From Azolla caroliniana (taxonomy: Eukaryota > Plantae > Polypodiophyta), in assembly GCA_043228905.1 (NCBI GenBank), contig JBHGNT010000014.1:806001-870000 (forward strand): a stretch of DNA of 64,000 bases, given 5' to 3'. Position numbers and translations under genes: made by a program. The notes below the pieces were generated by a model. That model was not told the DNA's origin. It ran no database searches and saw nothing but the letters and a program-made list of their open reading frames with translations. Below are positions 13,801-26,773 of this stretch, one piece after another. Position 1 is the stretch's first letter, and each line of letters starts with the position of its first letter.

Positions 13801-15645
13801 AAAACTGTGTTGCTGTTGTCTGTACAAGTTATGGTAAGGATTCAGTCACAGTACATTAGAGTATGCAGGCATGAGAAGAGAGCTATTAATGTAGGAAAGC
13901 AAAAATATATGTGACATTCATTATGTCAGATGAGATGAAATGGCTTATCCAAGAGGAGGGATTTTGGTCTTTATCAGTAACATTGCCCACATGTAGAGAT
14001 AGGCCGTTTTGCTGTAAAGCTTGGTTCCTATGTATATGTACGACTTCATGCAAGGTTTATAACCTTGCCCTCTAGATGTAGGCTTCTTTGAAATTGGGCA
14101 GAAAGATTTCCAACATTTGATAATGTGTTACAACCATATAAAAGGTCTTGAAGAACCTGATTATTTTGTCCATGTCACAAATGTAAACAATGCACCGGAA
14201 AGATATGGAGACATGAAAGCATGAATTTGGTATTCTTGTATTTAATCCTAGAAAGGAGTAATTACTTTTATTTTCATTATGAACCCAGGACTCTGGGAGA
14301 AAATATTCACAATCTTTGGTTGGAACTCATGTATATGCAAATGCAATTTTATGTATGAGTGGCATTTATTTCTTGAGACATCTCAGTCTGATTGATTTAC
14401 TTCCTACAGGCTGGAAGACTTGCTGGTTGGCTTCCACAAGATCCTAAGCAGATTCCAAGAGTTAATCATATTGGATTTGGCTTGGTGCTTGGATTAGATG
14501 GGAAAAGATTTAGAACTAGGGCAAGTGAAGTGGTCCGGTTGGTGGACCTACTTGATGAGGCCAAAGCTCGTAGTAAACAAGGGCTTATTGATCGAGGTTT
14601 GTTCTCTCTTTCTCAATACATTTCTTCTTCCTTTTGAGTTTTACCCTCTACATTTGTCCATATTACAGGAAGAGAGGAGGATTGGGGCGCCGAAGAGTTG
14701 GATTTAGCAGCAGAAGCTCTAGGCTATGGAGCAGTAAAGTATGAGAGCAATTTATGCTTTTTTTTCCACGTAGAAATATGCTTGTCCATTTGTGAAATGG
14801 ACTTAATCTTATTATTGATATTAGGTATTCTGACCTGAAGAATAATCGGAGTACGAATTACACTTTCAGTTTTGATCAAATGCTGGATGTTAGGGTAAAC
14901 AATATTCATTTATTTATTTTAAGCAAATGCTAAATGCATTCTCATTTCACATAGTAAAACCCTGATTTCCCAGGGAAATACAGCTGTATACCTTCTATAT
15001 GCACATGCACGGATTTGCTCTATTATTAGGAAGTCTGGCAAGGATATTGAGGAGTTGAAACAGGTAAGGCTCGACGAACTAAATCTGTAGTTCTTATAGA
15101 TGGCTGAAATCTATTCCTCATTTTTCTACTATACCAGACAGGAAAAATAAAGCTGGTTCATGAACATGAGCGATCTTTGGGGCTTCACTTGATCCGTTTT
15201 CCAGAGGTAAGTTATGCTTGCTAGAACCAGGAACTTTATTTGAGTTATCTTTTAAACCCCTCTACCTCCACATGGCAGATTGTTGAAGATACACTAGCAG
15301 ATCTTCTTCCGAATACACTTTGCGAGTATTTATATAACTTATCTGAAGTGTATACGAAATTCTACTCAACATGCAAGGTAAGTCAATATATTTTAAAGTT
15401 GACTGAACTTTTTCATCTGTAAACCTTTGCACCACGACATGCTTCTAATTTGCATATATCACACTATTATTTTGCGGTTCATTTGTAGTTATCTTTTCTC
15501 TTTTACTAATTTGATGAAAGGTTTGTCCATACAGGTGGTGGGCTCCGAGGAGGAGACAAGTAGGCTGCTGTTATGTGAGGCTGCAGCTGTGGTGATGAGG
15601 AAGTGCTTCACCTTACTAGGGATTACTCCATTATACAGGTTGTAG
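4828..15645 (+). CDS. ArgRS: Arginyl-tRNA synthetase (class I), ~663 aa, with an N-terminal transit-peptide-like extension; 18 exons
   Basis: GT-AG exons in consistent phase: 4828-4897, 5565-5725, 6229-6362, 6440-6515, 6618-6719, 7863-8078, 8275-8358, 8750-8833, 8915-9019, 12159-12337, 12446-12530, 14410-14596, 14669-14738, 14825-14894, 14974-15063, 15138-15206, 15279-15377, 15535-15645 (1992 nt). Motifs: [40 protein letters not shown] (HIGH), [58 protein letters not shown]. Confidence 0.96.
13184..13853. mobile_element. Possible old solo-LTR-like insertion in ArgRS intron 11
   Basis: Starts TGTGA, contains an internal CCTATTTATA and GA-rich repeats, and is flanked by CATTA on both sides, but the right end is ...GTA rather than CA. 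Confidence 0.3.
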
Positions 15646-16022
15646 ACAGGAACAGAGGAAACGATTATTTGAACAGATGAATTGATCTTTGATTATAATT
15701 GAGAATTAAAACCCTGCCATAAAAGTTTTTCGGGGTGCGTGATATATATAACTATTATCTGTATACTAAATACCCTAAAGCCTACGAAACAGAGCATATG
15801 CTTCATTGCTTCAATTATGTTATTAAAGATTTTGCCTTAATCATGTCTGTACTAATGCACAAATTCTTTTGTCGTGTTATCTGCATTGAATGTTAATTTG
15901 GTTTTTGCTGTGTGCTGCAATCTAGTTTATGGATATTGGAAGCTTATTACCTATAGTAGTCTCAAAATGACCTATCTATGCTAGTTCCTAAATAACACAA
16001 TGTACAAAGCAAGATTGTTTAA

Positions 16023-17226
16023 ATACATGGTAGATCTGCTGAAAAAATCAAATTGATGTGGTTTCATGTGTAACAGCCATAATATGTTCTGATTTATTTT
16101 GGAAAAAAAAAATAAAAAAAAATGTTGTGATTTCATGCGAAAACACTGACTTCAATGGTTCTTTTCAAGCAATCCTACAAGATTGCACTACCATTCGAGA
16201 ACTCCTAATGGAAACACCGGAATGGTCTTTGTTCGTCTCCTTAACTACAAAACTAGCATCATGGAAGATCCAAACAGTCAAATTTGGAAACAAAGCTCCT
16301 CTTTGAACCTTTCAATTTTTCTTTTGTTATCACTTTAAATACATGCATGGATACTATTCGTGATGACATTGGCATTCTTCAAGAAATGTTAAATTAATGT
16401 ATGGGCTTCGAAATTTAGTTTTGAAACGGATAATGTAAATGGAGACAATTGTATCAAATCCTCCCGATTTTAATGACCATGTCATGCAAAGCAGTCATCT
16501 AATCCCAAGTTGCAACAAAACACATGATGGGAATACTTCTGATGAGTGTTATTTCCTTGTGGAAAAAAAGCTTGGCATTGTACATAGTTGACTACTTACA
16601 TTAGAAATTTTGATCCATACAGCTCATTTTGGAAACATGAAAGTTATACAAATATGCAAAGGATGAGAACTCTAGGCTACATATGGAGTAATCCTCAATT
16701 GTATTGTACAAGTAGAAGTACACTATAGCTCTCAATTGAAGACAAACACCACCAGAATGGAAAGTGTTGGTACAAGCCTAAATTGAATAACATAAAGGCT
16801 GCATATGTTACATGCCATTTTGGAGATGTTGATGAGGTTCAAGCTTCGATCTACAACTCAAAGCTCTTCCTAAGAACGAACACATAGGCTGGAATGAAGT
16901 AAAGATCACCATTAATACCTTAAAGATACGAATTACATAACAAAATAAATGATACAACTATTTTGACAATAATAATCGCTACTAGTTCATTGTTGGTCAT
17001 AGATGGTATTATTTATTTTAAGAATGAGACACAATGAAGTCTTCATGAAATGATTGCAATATAAGAGAAGCCCATGATGCCATGCATGTAGCACGTGCAA
17101 TTACCTAGATATTGCACAACAAAGCAATGCGTGTCGAGTTGATACACCTATTGGAATTCACTTCATTTTGTCAAAGCACACCTCACACATTTGGTATCAT
17201 AGATACATACATACATACATACATAT

Positions 17227-17257
<31 letters not shown>

Positions 17258-17272
17258 CACACACACACACAG

Positions 17273-17307
<35 letters not shown>

Positions 17308-17476
17308 TATATATATATACATACACACATATATATATATACATACATATATATATATATATACACATACATATATATATATATATACATACATATATAT
17401 ATATATATATACATACATATATATATATATATACATACATATATATATATATATATACATACATATATATATATAT

Positions 17477-17509
<33 letters not shown>

Positions 17510-17536
17510 CATACATATATACATATATACATATAT

Positions 17537-17570
<34 letters not shown>

Positions 17571-18178
17571 GATATACACATACCTACACATACATTTGTG
17601 CATAGATAGATATCTTGAAACGATACAAAATGTGTGAGGTGTGCATCGATATATCAACGTATGTATGTTGGGGTTTTCCATAACTAATATAGACAAGTTA
17701 CTGTCGAAAAAGAGACCGCAAGTAATATAAAGAGTTACTCTAATTTTTAAAGTATGTTAAGGTAAGTGTACCAGGCAAGACGATGTTCCATCATGTTCTC
17801 TAACGTTGAGAAGTTGTTCCTCAACCTCGATTAACCGAAGTAGGACCGATGAGATCTTGGGCGCGCCCACATTGGGGACTGATTGTGAATCATCTTTTTG
17901 GTCATCCGTATCGATGTTCGATGACTCGGTGGATGATGATACATGTGGAACTAAATTGTCAAGTTGTGTTGAATGCTCGTCTGACGGGGTCTTCTTTAGT
18001 ATAGACTTGAGAGGAGGTTGGGTGGATGTGGGGCTATGAACATCATGGTGTAGATTGTGTACCTTGGAAGAGATCCTATTCAAATACAAATTTTTGTGCG
18101 AGAATTGGGAGGATCTCCTAGGCGAGAAAACAAAGGCGGAGGCCACAGGATAGTAGACAAATGCGTTGTTATCATTTG
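16023..18178 (-). pseudogene. Copy A: duplicated 3' part (last ~140 codons) and downstream flank of the 524-aa gene
   Basis: Colinear and near-identical to 23330-25273. The translation NDNNAFVYYPVASAFVFSPRR...SSCLVHLP matches the C-terminus of the 524-aa ORF. It is truncated at a junction with copia gag. Confidence 0.92.
17203..17580. repeat. Expanded compound (TA)/(CA)/(CATA) microsatellite
   Basis: Seen directly; it explains the cluster of IYIY/MYVY spurious ORFs. Confidence 0.95.
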
Positions 18179-19120
18179 TTATCTCCCTTCGTGTATAGCA
18201 TCTTGTTGTCAGTGTGCGTGGTCGTTGACGCACCCACGTGGTTCTCCTCTATAAGGAGCATCGACTGTAGGTCGAAAAAGGACGGTATGTTCTCCCGTGT
18301 ACACACAACAGTTCGGAATGCTCCAAACTTTGACATCAGTCCCCCGAGACAAATCTGCACCATCTCGTCTTCCTCGACGTTCACATTGATAGAGGCTAAG
18401 GAGTCGCATATCTCTTTGATCTTCAAGGTGTAATCAGCCACCGACAAGTCACATTGTCGTAAGTTGCTCAGCTCCTATCGGAGTTCAAGCTTCCTGGTTG
18501 TGGTGCTTGCGGTGAAAATCTTCTTCAGATTTCCCCAAGCATCTTTTGGTGTTTTCACATCCCGAATGTAGCTTAGAAGTTGTTCGCCCACACAAGACGC
18601 GAAGTAGTAGAGGACTCTACTCGTTGACTGTTCCCAAGCCGGGAAGTCTTTGTGTGTCAAATAGGGTGTTGTGTCATTTGCTCTGTCGACATAGCTCCAG
18701 TAACCGTGCCCGAGTAGGTACTGGTGCATCTTGTAAGACCAAGACGCGTAGTTGTTTCTGTCAAGCTTCTCCATCGGAAGTGAGCTAGCCATGCCTCTAT
18801 CCATCGGTTTTACCGGTTCTTCTTGGTTGGTTTTCCTTTCAAGCTATGTCGGATGCAGAGGTTCTCAACCCTCGCGCTCTGATACCATGTAGAAAGAATA
18901 ACGTGCGGAAGCAAGTAGAAAACCGAATACAGAAATGGAGGTTTAATGGAGAGCTTGAATGTACACAGTACGCGGGAGAGACAGACAGAGGAAATACACA
19001 AAACTCAATTAAAAAATAATACTCAGTCTATACATTCTTCGTGCTTAGTGAACACCTTTTATACAAGCCCTGACTATCGGGTTGAGAGTACTTGAATGCT
19101 CATAAATGAGCCTACTACAC
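18175..19120 (-). mobile_element. Truncated Ty1/copia 5' portion (partial LTR from 18888, tRNA-Met PBS 18876-18887, gag)
   Basis: PBS TGGTATCAGAGC on the minus strand; gag MASSLPMEKLDRNNYASWSYKMHQYLLGHGYW...; in-frame stop; ends abruptly at copy A. Confidence 0.88.
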
Positions 19121-19129
19121 TAACTCCCA

Positions 19130-19428
19130 AAATTATTCCTTACGAGGAATACCATACTAACGGCCTTCCGGTTTACGCACCGATACGACCACGTTATACA
19201 TACTATTTTATGGACCCAGTCTACGCATTGGGTTACGCACCGTATTACGCACTCAATGTTGAGCTTGTCACTCAATAGAACCGGAAGAGAAGACATATTT
19301 GTAAATATGTGTTGAGTAAGCCTATTCAGGCTATATTTGTAAATAGCCCTAAGTTCATATGAGTATAAATATGACCTAGGGCAATGACAGAAGATGGTTG
19401 TCATATTGTTGTATGTGCATAGCTGTTG

Positions 19429-19480
<52 letters not shown>

Positions 19481-21160
19481 CAAAGTGATACTTTGTTGGC
19501 CGCTTGGCAAAGATACAAAGCTCGAGGTCGTTGCCTCCAAGTCTCTGATTGTACCTTTCTTATATAGTGATAGTTTGGAGCCTGTGGGCTCCCGTGGTTT
19601 TTCCCAATTAGGGTTTTCCATGTAAACATCTTGTGTACTCTCTATTGTTCGTGTGTGTACATGTACTAATCTCCAACCCCATTTCTATGTTTGATTCTCA
19701 TTGAAGTGATTCAAGACTCGGTTGTGGCCGAGCAATATTCCGCGCTATTTCCTTCAAACTGGTATCAAAGCGAACAACATAGGAAATGGAAGAATCGTTC
19801 GACGGCATGTTCAAGCTCACTGGCTCCAACTACTTAGTGTGGAAGTCGAAGATGAGGGATATGCTGGTGGTTAAAGATCTTTGGTTGTTGGTTCAGTTCG
19901 GGGGACAAGAGACCGGATAAGATTGACGCCACAGTGTGGGAGGTGATGCACATGAAGACGACAACATACATCCAGTGCTTCATCGACATGAGCGTGTACA
20001 ACAATTTCAATGAAGAGAGCAAGGCTCATGAACTCTGGGAGAAGCTCAGCATCATGTTCCAGAACAAGAATGTTGTTAATCGGGTTTCGGTATTCTGGAA
20101 GCTAGTGAGGCTCCAATACCAGGACGACTCCAGTATGGCGGAGCACATGAATGCCTTCCAGGGACTAATAAACCAAGAAACCTTGTTAAGTACCTCTCAT
20201 CGATGAGGTACTCGCATTACTCCTGCTCTGTTCCCTCCCGGATAGTTGGGATATGCTAGTTGTCACGTTGGGCAATGCCAGGCCGGAAGGAAAACAGTTA
20301 TCCCTAGCAAGGGTAAAATCAAGCTTGCGAGATGAAGAAGCTCGCTGAAAGGACCGGGAGTCCAGAACCAATCCGAAGGGCTTGGTTACCGAAGATGACC
20401 ACAATAGGGGAAGAGGCCGGTATCGGAGTCCCCAAAACCAGGACAAATCGGGGACGAGGTCGAAGTCAAGGGGGAGGCCCACTTGCTTCTACTGTGGGAA
20501 GCCGGGGCACTTCCAGAAGAATTGTCGGCACTTCTGGAAAGAGAAAGCAACTGAGAGTGCCGATTCGAAAAACGGTTCGGACCGGAAAGGGTCGGCTCGG
20601 AAGGGAATGTCGGCAATCGCGACAAGTGAAGAAGAACTTATGCTCATTACCGAGGAGAATGAGTTGAACCTTGTTGGCGACGAGACAATGCGGGTTGTTG
20701 ATTCCGGAGCATCGTTCCATCTTACACAGGACCAGAGATGCTTCTCATCCTACACATCCGGAGGTCGTGGTTGTGTCCGGATGGGCAATGAAAGTACATG
20801 CCGAATTGTTGGCATAAGAGATGTGTCGTTGACGACATCAAACGGATGCAAGTTGCTGCTGAAGGATGTCTAACACGTTTCGGAGGTTTGACTGAACCTA
20901 ATATTAGCCTGACGGCTAGATGACGAAGGCTACACGGGTAGCATCCAGAACGGAGTCATGAAATTCAGCAAAGGAAGCTTGATCGTGGCTCGAGCCCAGA
21001 AGATCAAAACATTGTACCTGAAAAATGACCGGATATGCCAGGAAGAAGTGAACGTAGCATCCGACACTGCCGGTGAGCTATGGCACAAGAGACTACGTCA
21101 TATGAGCCAGAAGGGGATGAGAAGACTTGACGAAGACAACCTCATTCTGGAGGTGAAAGA
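19130..21160 (+). mobile_element. Truncated Ty1/copia (Tnt1/Tork-like) 5' portion: LTR to 19756, PBS 19760-19771, gag-protease-GAG-pre-integrase
   Basis: PBS TGGTATCAAAGC; ATG at 19786 (MEESFDGMFKLTGSNYLVWKSKM); zinc knuckle CFYCGKPGHFQKNC; protease VVDSGASFH; ELWHKRLRHMS; frameshifts and stops. The left LTR boundary is uncertain. Confidence 0.88.
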
Positions 21161-22549
21161 CGATTGTATCAAATCCTCCCGATTTTAATGACCATGTCAT
21201 GCAAAGCAGTCATCTAATCCCAAGTTGCAACAAAACACATGATGGGACTACTTCTGATGAGTGTTATTTCCTTGTGCAAAAAAAACATGGCATTGTACAT
21301 AGTTGACTACTTACATTAGAAATGTTGATCCATACAACTCATTTTGGAAACATGAAAGTTATGCAAATATGCAAAGGATGAGAACTCTAGACTACATATG
21401 GAGTAATCCTCAATTGTATTGTACAAGTAGAAGTACACTATAGCTCTCAATTGAAGACACACACCATGAGAATGGAAAGTCTTGGTACAAGCCTAAATTG
21501 AATAACATAAAGGTTGCATATGTTACATGCCATTTTGGAGATGTTGATGATGTTCAAGCTTCGATCTACAACTCAAAGCTCTTCCTAAGAACGAATACAT
21601 AGGTTGGAATGAAGTAAAGACCACCATTAGTACCTTAAAGATACGAATTACATAACAAAATAAATGATACAACTATTTTGACAACAATAATCGCAACTAG
21701 TTCATTGTTGGTCATAGATGGTATTATTTATTTTAAGAATGAGACAAAATGAAGTCTACAGGAAATGGTTGCAATATAAGAGAAGCCCATGATGCCATGC
21801 ATGTAGCACATGCAATTACGTAGATATCGCACAACAAAGCAATACGTGTCGAGTTGATGCACCTATTGGAATTCACTTCATTTTGTCAAAGCACACCTCA
21901 CACATTTGGTATCATACATACATATATATATATGATATACACATACATTTGTGCATAGATATCTTGAAACGATACAAAATGTGTGAGGTGTGCATCGATA
22001 TATATTAATGTATGTATGTTGGGGTTTTCCAAAACTAATATAGACAAGTTACTATAAAAAAAGAGACCGCAAGTAATATAAAGAGTTACTCTAATTTTTA
22101 AAGTATGTTAAGGTAAGTGTACCAGGCAAGACGATGTTCCATCATGTTCTCTAACGTTGAGAAGTTGTTCGTCAGCCTCGATTAACCGAAGTAGGACCGA
22201 TGAGATCTTTGGGTGCGCCCACATTGGGGACTGATTATGAATCATCTTTTTGGTCATCCGTATCGGTGTTTGATGACTCGATAGATGATGATACATGTGG
22301 AACCAAATTGTCAAGTTGTGTTGAATGCTCGTATGACGAGGTCTTCTTCAGTATAGACTTGAGAGGAGGTTGGGTGGATGTGGGGCTATGAACATCATGG
22401 TGTAGATTGTGTACCTTGGAAGAGATCCTATTCAAATACAAATTTTTGTGCGATACTTGGACGAATCTCCTAGGAGAGAAAACAAAAGTCGAGGCCACAA
22501 GAGAGTAGACAAATGCATCGTTATGTTTTGCTTCGAGGACCACCTCATG
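21158..22549 (-). pseudogene. Copy B: second duplicate of the 3' part and flank of the 524-aa gene, frameshifted
   Basis: Colinear with 23726-25292. An extra T near 22208 (GAGATCTTTGGG vs GAGATCTTGGG) splits the frame, and the microsatellite is much shorter. Confidence 0.92.
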
Positions 22550-23179
22550 CGCAACCTAGTATTCCACGCTCGTACCAAGCACATTGAGGTGCATTATCAC
22601 TTCATCTAAGTGCGTGTCATGGCCGGTCACGTCGACTTCTAACACATTAGCAACGAACCTGTAGACGACCGACATCTTCACCAAGCCCTCGGTGTTCGAC
22701 AAGTGCGGCAATTCACGATGAACGTGGGTCTTTCTATTACCAGCCAAGCTTGAGCGAGAGTATGGATAAGGAGCCGTCCAACACGACTTCGAACAAATCA
22801 GAGCAAACACAAGAGAGAGCTGGCCATCTGAAGCCGACCCAAAAACCAGTCCGAACCAACTTTTCGGCTACCGGAAGTTGTGTTTGAAGGGGTGTGTTGA
22901 GAATCAAACTCAACTTCCCTAGTGTGGGAACACACCTTAGTATACTCAAGTGTGTAAACACCCCACCTCCTAGTATAGTAATTAGTGTGTCATAGAACTT
23001 TACGGTTCTATGACACATATTTAGTAGGTAGTTAAGTCTCCACCACTTTTGTAAGAGATGATTGTAGTAGAGAATATAGAGAGAAGATGACTACATAGGC
23101 ACCTTCTCCACCTTTGTGTAACTGTTGGTTCATTCTTGTTCTTTTTAATACAATTTTATTGTTTTCTGTATACACTGTG

Positions 23180-23249
<70 letters not shown>

Positions 23250-23293
23250 TACATATCTCTTCTGCTGCACAAAATCACTCCTGATTCTTCACA
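22550..23293 (+). mobile_element. Ty1/copia 3' fragment (RNase H end, PPT, 3' LTR 22895-23293)
   Basis: NLVFHARTKHIEVHYHFI; PPT GAAGGGGTG; LTR TGTTGAGAATCAAACTC...TTCACA with (CT)n(CA)n. The LTR start is the same as at 33493. Confidence 0.88.
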
Positions 23294-24539
23294 GGATGAT
23301 TCCAAATAACATGGATGGGCCTCTTCATCATACATGGTAGATCTACTGAAAAAATCAAATTGAAACCCAAGTATCTCTGTGCTTTCATGTGTAATAGCCA
23401 TAATATGTTGTGATATCATGCGAAAACACTGACTTCAATTGTTCTTTTCAAGCAATCCTACAAGATTGCACTACCATTGGAGAACTCCTAATGGAAATAC
23501 CGGAATGGTCCTTGCTCGTCTCCTTAACTACAAAACTAGCATCATGGAAGATCCAAACAGTCAAATTCGAAAACAAAGCTTCTCTTTGAACCTTTCAATT
23601 TTTCTTTTGTTATCACTTTAAATACATGCATTGATACTATTCGTGATGACATTGGCATTCTTCAAGAAATGTTAAGTTAATGTATGGGTTTCGAAATTTA
23701 GTTTTGAAACGGATAATGTAAATGGAGACAATTGTATCAAATCCTCCCGATTTTAATGACCATGTCATGCAAAGCAGTCATCTAATCCCAAGTTGCAACA
23801 AAACACATGATGGGAATACTTCTGATGAGTGTTATTTCCTTGTGCAAAAAAAGCTTGGCATTGTACATAGTTGACTACTTACATTAAAAATGTTGATCCA
23901 TACAACTCATTTTGGAAACATGAAAGTTATACAAATATGCAAAGGATGAGAACTCTAGACTACATATGGAGTAATCCTCAATTGTATTGTACAAGTAGAA
24001 GTACACTATAGCTCTCAATTGAAGACACACACCATGAGAATGAAAAGTCTTGGTACAAGCCTAAATTGAATAACATAAAGGTTGCATATGTTACATGCCA
24101 TTTTGGATATGTTGATGATGTTCAAGCTTCGATCTACAACTCAAAGCTCTTCCTAAGAACGAACACATAGGCTGGAATGAAGTAAAGACCACCATTAGTA
24201 CCTTAAAGATACGAATTATATAACAAGATAAATGATACAACTATTTTGACAATAATAATCGCTACTAGTTCATTGTTGGTCGTAGATGGTATTATTTATT
24301 TTAAGAATGAGACACAATGAAGTCTTCATGAAATGATTGCAATATAAGAGAAGCCCATGATGCCATGCATGTAGCACGCACAATTACTTAGATATTGCAC
24401 AACAAAGCAATGCGTGTCGAGTTGATACACCTATTGGAATTCATTTCATTTTGTCAAAGCACACCTCACACATTTGGTACCATACATACATACATACATA
24501 CATATATACATACATACATACATACATATACACACACAC

Positions 24540-24570
<31 letters not shown>

Positions 24571-24605
24571 TATATATATACACACACACACATATATATA
24601 CATAG

Positions 24606-24665
<60 letters not shown>

Positions 24666-24851
24666 GATATACACGTACCTACACATACATTTGTGCATAG
24701 ATAGATATCTTGAAACGATACAAAATGTGTGAGGTGTGCATCGATATACCAACGTATGTATGTTGGGGTTTTCCATAACTAATATAGACAAGTTACTGTC
24801 AAAAAAGAGACCGCAAGTAATATAAAGAGTTACTCTAATTTTTAAAGTATG

Positions 24852-26426
24852 TTAAGGTAAGTGTACCAGGCAAGACGATGTTCCATCATGTTCGCTAACG
24901 TTGAGAAGTTGTTCCTCAGCCTCGATTAACCGAAGTAGGACCGATGAGATCTTGGGCGCGCCCACATTGGGGACTGATTGTGAATCATCTTTTTGGTCAT
25001 CCGTATCGGTGTTCGATGACTCAGTGGATGATGATACATGTGGAACCAAATTGTCAAGTTGTGTTGAATGCTCGTCTGACGGGGTCTTCTTTAGTATAGA
25101 CTTGAGAGGAGGCTGGGTGGATGTGGGGCTATGAACATCATGGTGTAGATTGTGTACCTTGGAAGAGATCCTATTCAAATACAAATTTTTGTGCGAGACT
25201 TGGGGGGATCTCCTAGGCGAGAAAACAAAGGCGGAGGCCACAGGAGAATAGACAAATGCGTTGTTATCATTTGCTTCGAGGATCACCTCATGTGGAGGCC
25301 TCTCTAATAGGTTCTCGTCCATTACCATTGTTTGGTAAGGGTCCATGAGCACGTTATCAACGTTTGTGATTGAGGGAACCGTGGGTTTATTATTAACGGA
25401 CACATCCACGATAGGCACGGCCATTTGAGCAACATTGTTAGGAACAAGAGACGACGGTTTCATGCGGGTTCGATTCGGAGGCTTTAGTGGGAAGAGCTCA
25501 TCCAAGGAAAATTGGTCCAGCCTTCTCAACGGTGAGATGTTGGCACTAGCCCCCACATTACCAAGTTGGGCTGAGTGATACAACTTCTTGTCCACGGAGG
25601 AGGGCTTCCCATACGAAGAATTCTTCGAGGAGTTTCTAGTGACCGCGGGCCGACCTTGTGTGGTTGAAGACGATGAATCATGCACGGACAATGATGGAAT
25701 TCGGGCGAATGTGCCGATGCCACCACAGCGCGAGCCAACTGGGGAGTCGGTGGCTGAGAAAGATCGCATGAGTGCGGGGCCACCACGACGGATGAAATCC
25801 TCCATACCGATTCTACTCTCGGCTTTGCTCGCGTGGCCCCCGCGAATTTCCGCACCAATGCCATCTCGTTGCGCCTGAAGGTCAGGGTCCGAGAAACTCG
25901 GAATGTGTTCGTCATCATCCCGATGTGCACCACTAGAACTTGTCATGCGTGCACTTATGGAGACACCCATGTTTGTGTGGGGGACATTGTTTTCATTAGG
26001 GACTGTGGTTGTAAGGGGGTTCCGACCCGAGAAGCTCCTCATTGGCGGTGATGAGACAATGTCATGGGACATGGCCATGGCGGTGGTGTTAGTGGTGACG
26101 ACCGACGAGCATGTCGACACGGGCGAGAAGTAATAAGGCGACAAGGAAGTGACCGGGCTATATGCCATAGAGTTGAGCAACCTATCATGATGATTAGTGA
26201 TGATTTCATGAAGATCGGATGATGCGAGGAGGTTCGAGGTGGGCGTGTAGAAGCGTGGCGTGAGGAGGAGGCTCGAGGCGGAGGAGGTTCGAGGTGGAGA
26301 AGAGCATCTTGCATAGAAGCTTCTCTTGGGATGAGCTTCATAGGTGCCATTGTCACCATGAAAGGTGGGTTTTGTGTGGTGAGGCTCTTTGAGCTCATCA
26401 CCAACCATGGCTGCTTCTAGAAGCAT
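24852..26426 (-). CDS. Intronless 524-aa Ser/Pro/Thr-rich, probably disordered protein of unknown function
   Basis: Uninterrupted 1575-nt ORF with a CT-rich upstream leader. No TE motifs and no domain I recognise; contains LKSILKK. Confidence 0.75.
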   Translation of the reverse strand: MLLEAAMVGDELKEPHHTKPTFHGDNGTYEAHPKRSFYARCSSPPRTSSASSLLLTPRFYTPTSNLLASSDLHEIITNHHDRLLNSMAYSPVTSLSPYYFSPVSTCSSVVTTNTTAMAMSHDIVSSPPMRSFSGRNPLTTTVPNENNVPHTNMGVSISARMTSSSGAHRDDDEHIPSFSDPDLQAQRDGIGAEIRGGHASKAESRIGMEDFIRRGGPALMRSFSATDSPVGSRCGGIGTFARIPSLSVHDSSSSTTQGRPAVTRNSSKNSSYGKPSSVDKKLYHSAQLGNVGASANISPLRRLDQFSLDELFPLKPPNRTRMKPSSLVPNNVAQMAVPIVDVSVNNKPTVPSITNVDNVLMDPYQTMVMDENLLERPPHEVILEANDNNAFVYSPVASAFVFSPRRSPQVSHKNLYLNRISSKVHNLHHDVHSPTSTQPPLKSILKKTPSDEHSTQLDNLVPHVSSSTESSNTDTDDQKDDSQSVPNVGAPKISSVLLRLIEAEEQLLNVSEHDGTSSCLVHLP

Positions 26427-26773
26427 CTTTTTTACCTAAGCAAGGAACAGGAAGGAAAAAAAGAGAGGAAGAAAGGGGCAGAAGGTGTGTGAGAGAGAGA
26501 TGGTCGCATTTGCATTTGCTTTTTAATTGGGGGGGGAGGGGGGGGGGCAAGCTTATACTCTTAACACGTTTTGTGAAGCACTCTGCTCCCACTCCTCTTC
26601 CTCCTCCTTAACATACAAGAACGTGCACCCTTCGTGTGTTCATGTGTTTTGCTTCACTTTTTTGAAAACGCTTTCAAATTGATAAGGAAGGTCTCCTGTG
26701 GGGGGGGTGGGGGGGGGCAGATTCGATTCGAACCCTCGTGCATTGAAGGAACCACGAACACTTCAAGCATGAC

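Noticed and set aside
17112-17696. Cluster of long ORFs rich in I/Y/H/T/C/V/M (also 24395-24791 and 53196-53632)
   Set aside because: Stop-free translations of TA/CA/TATG microsatellites, not genes.
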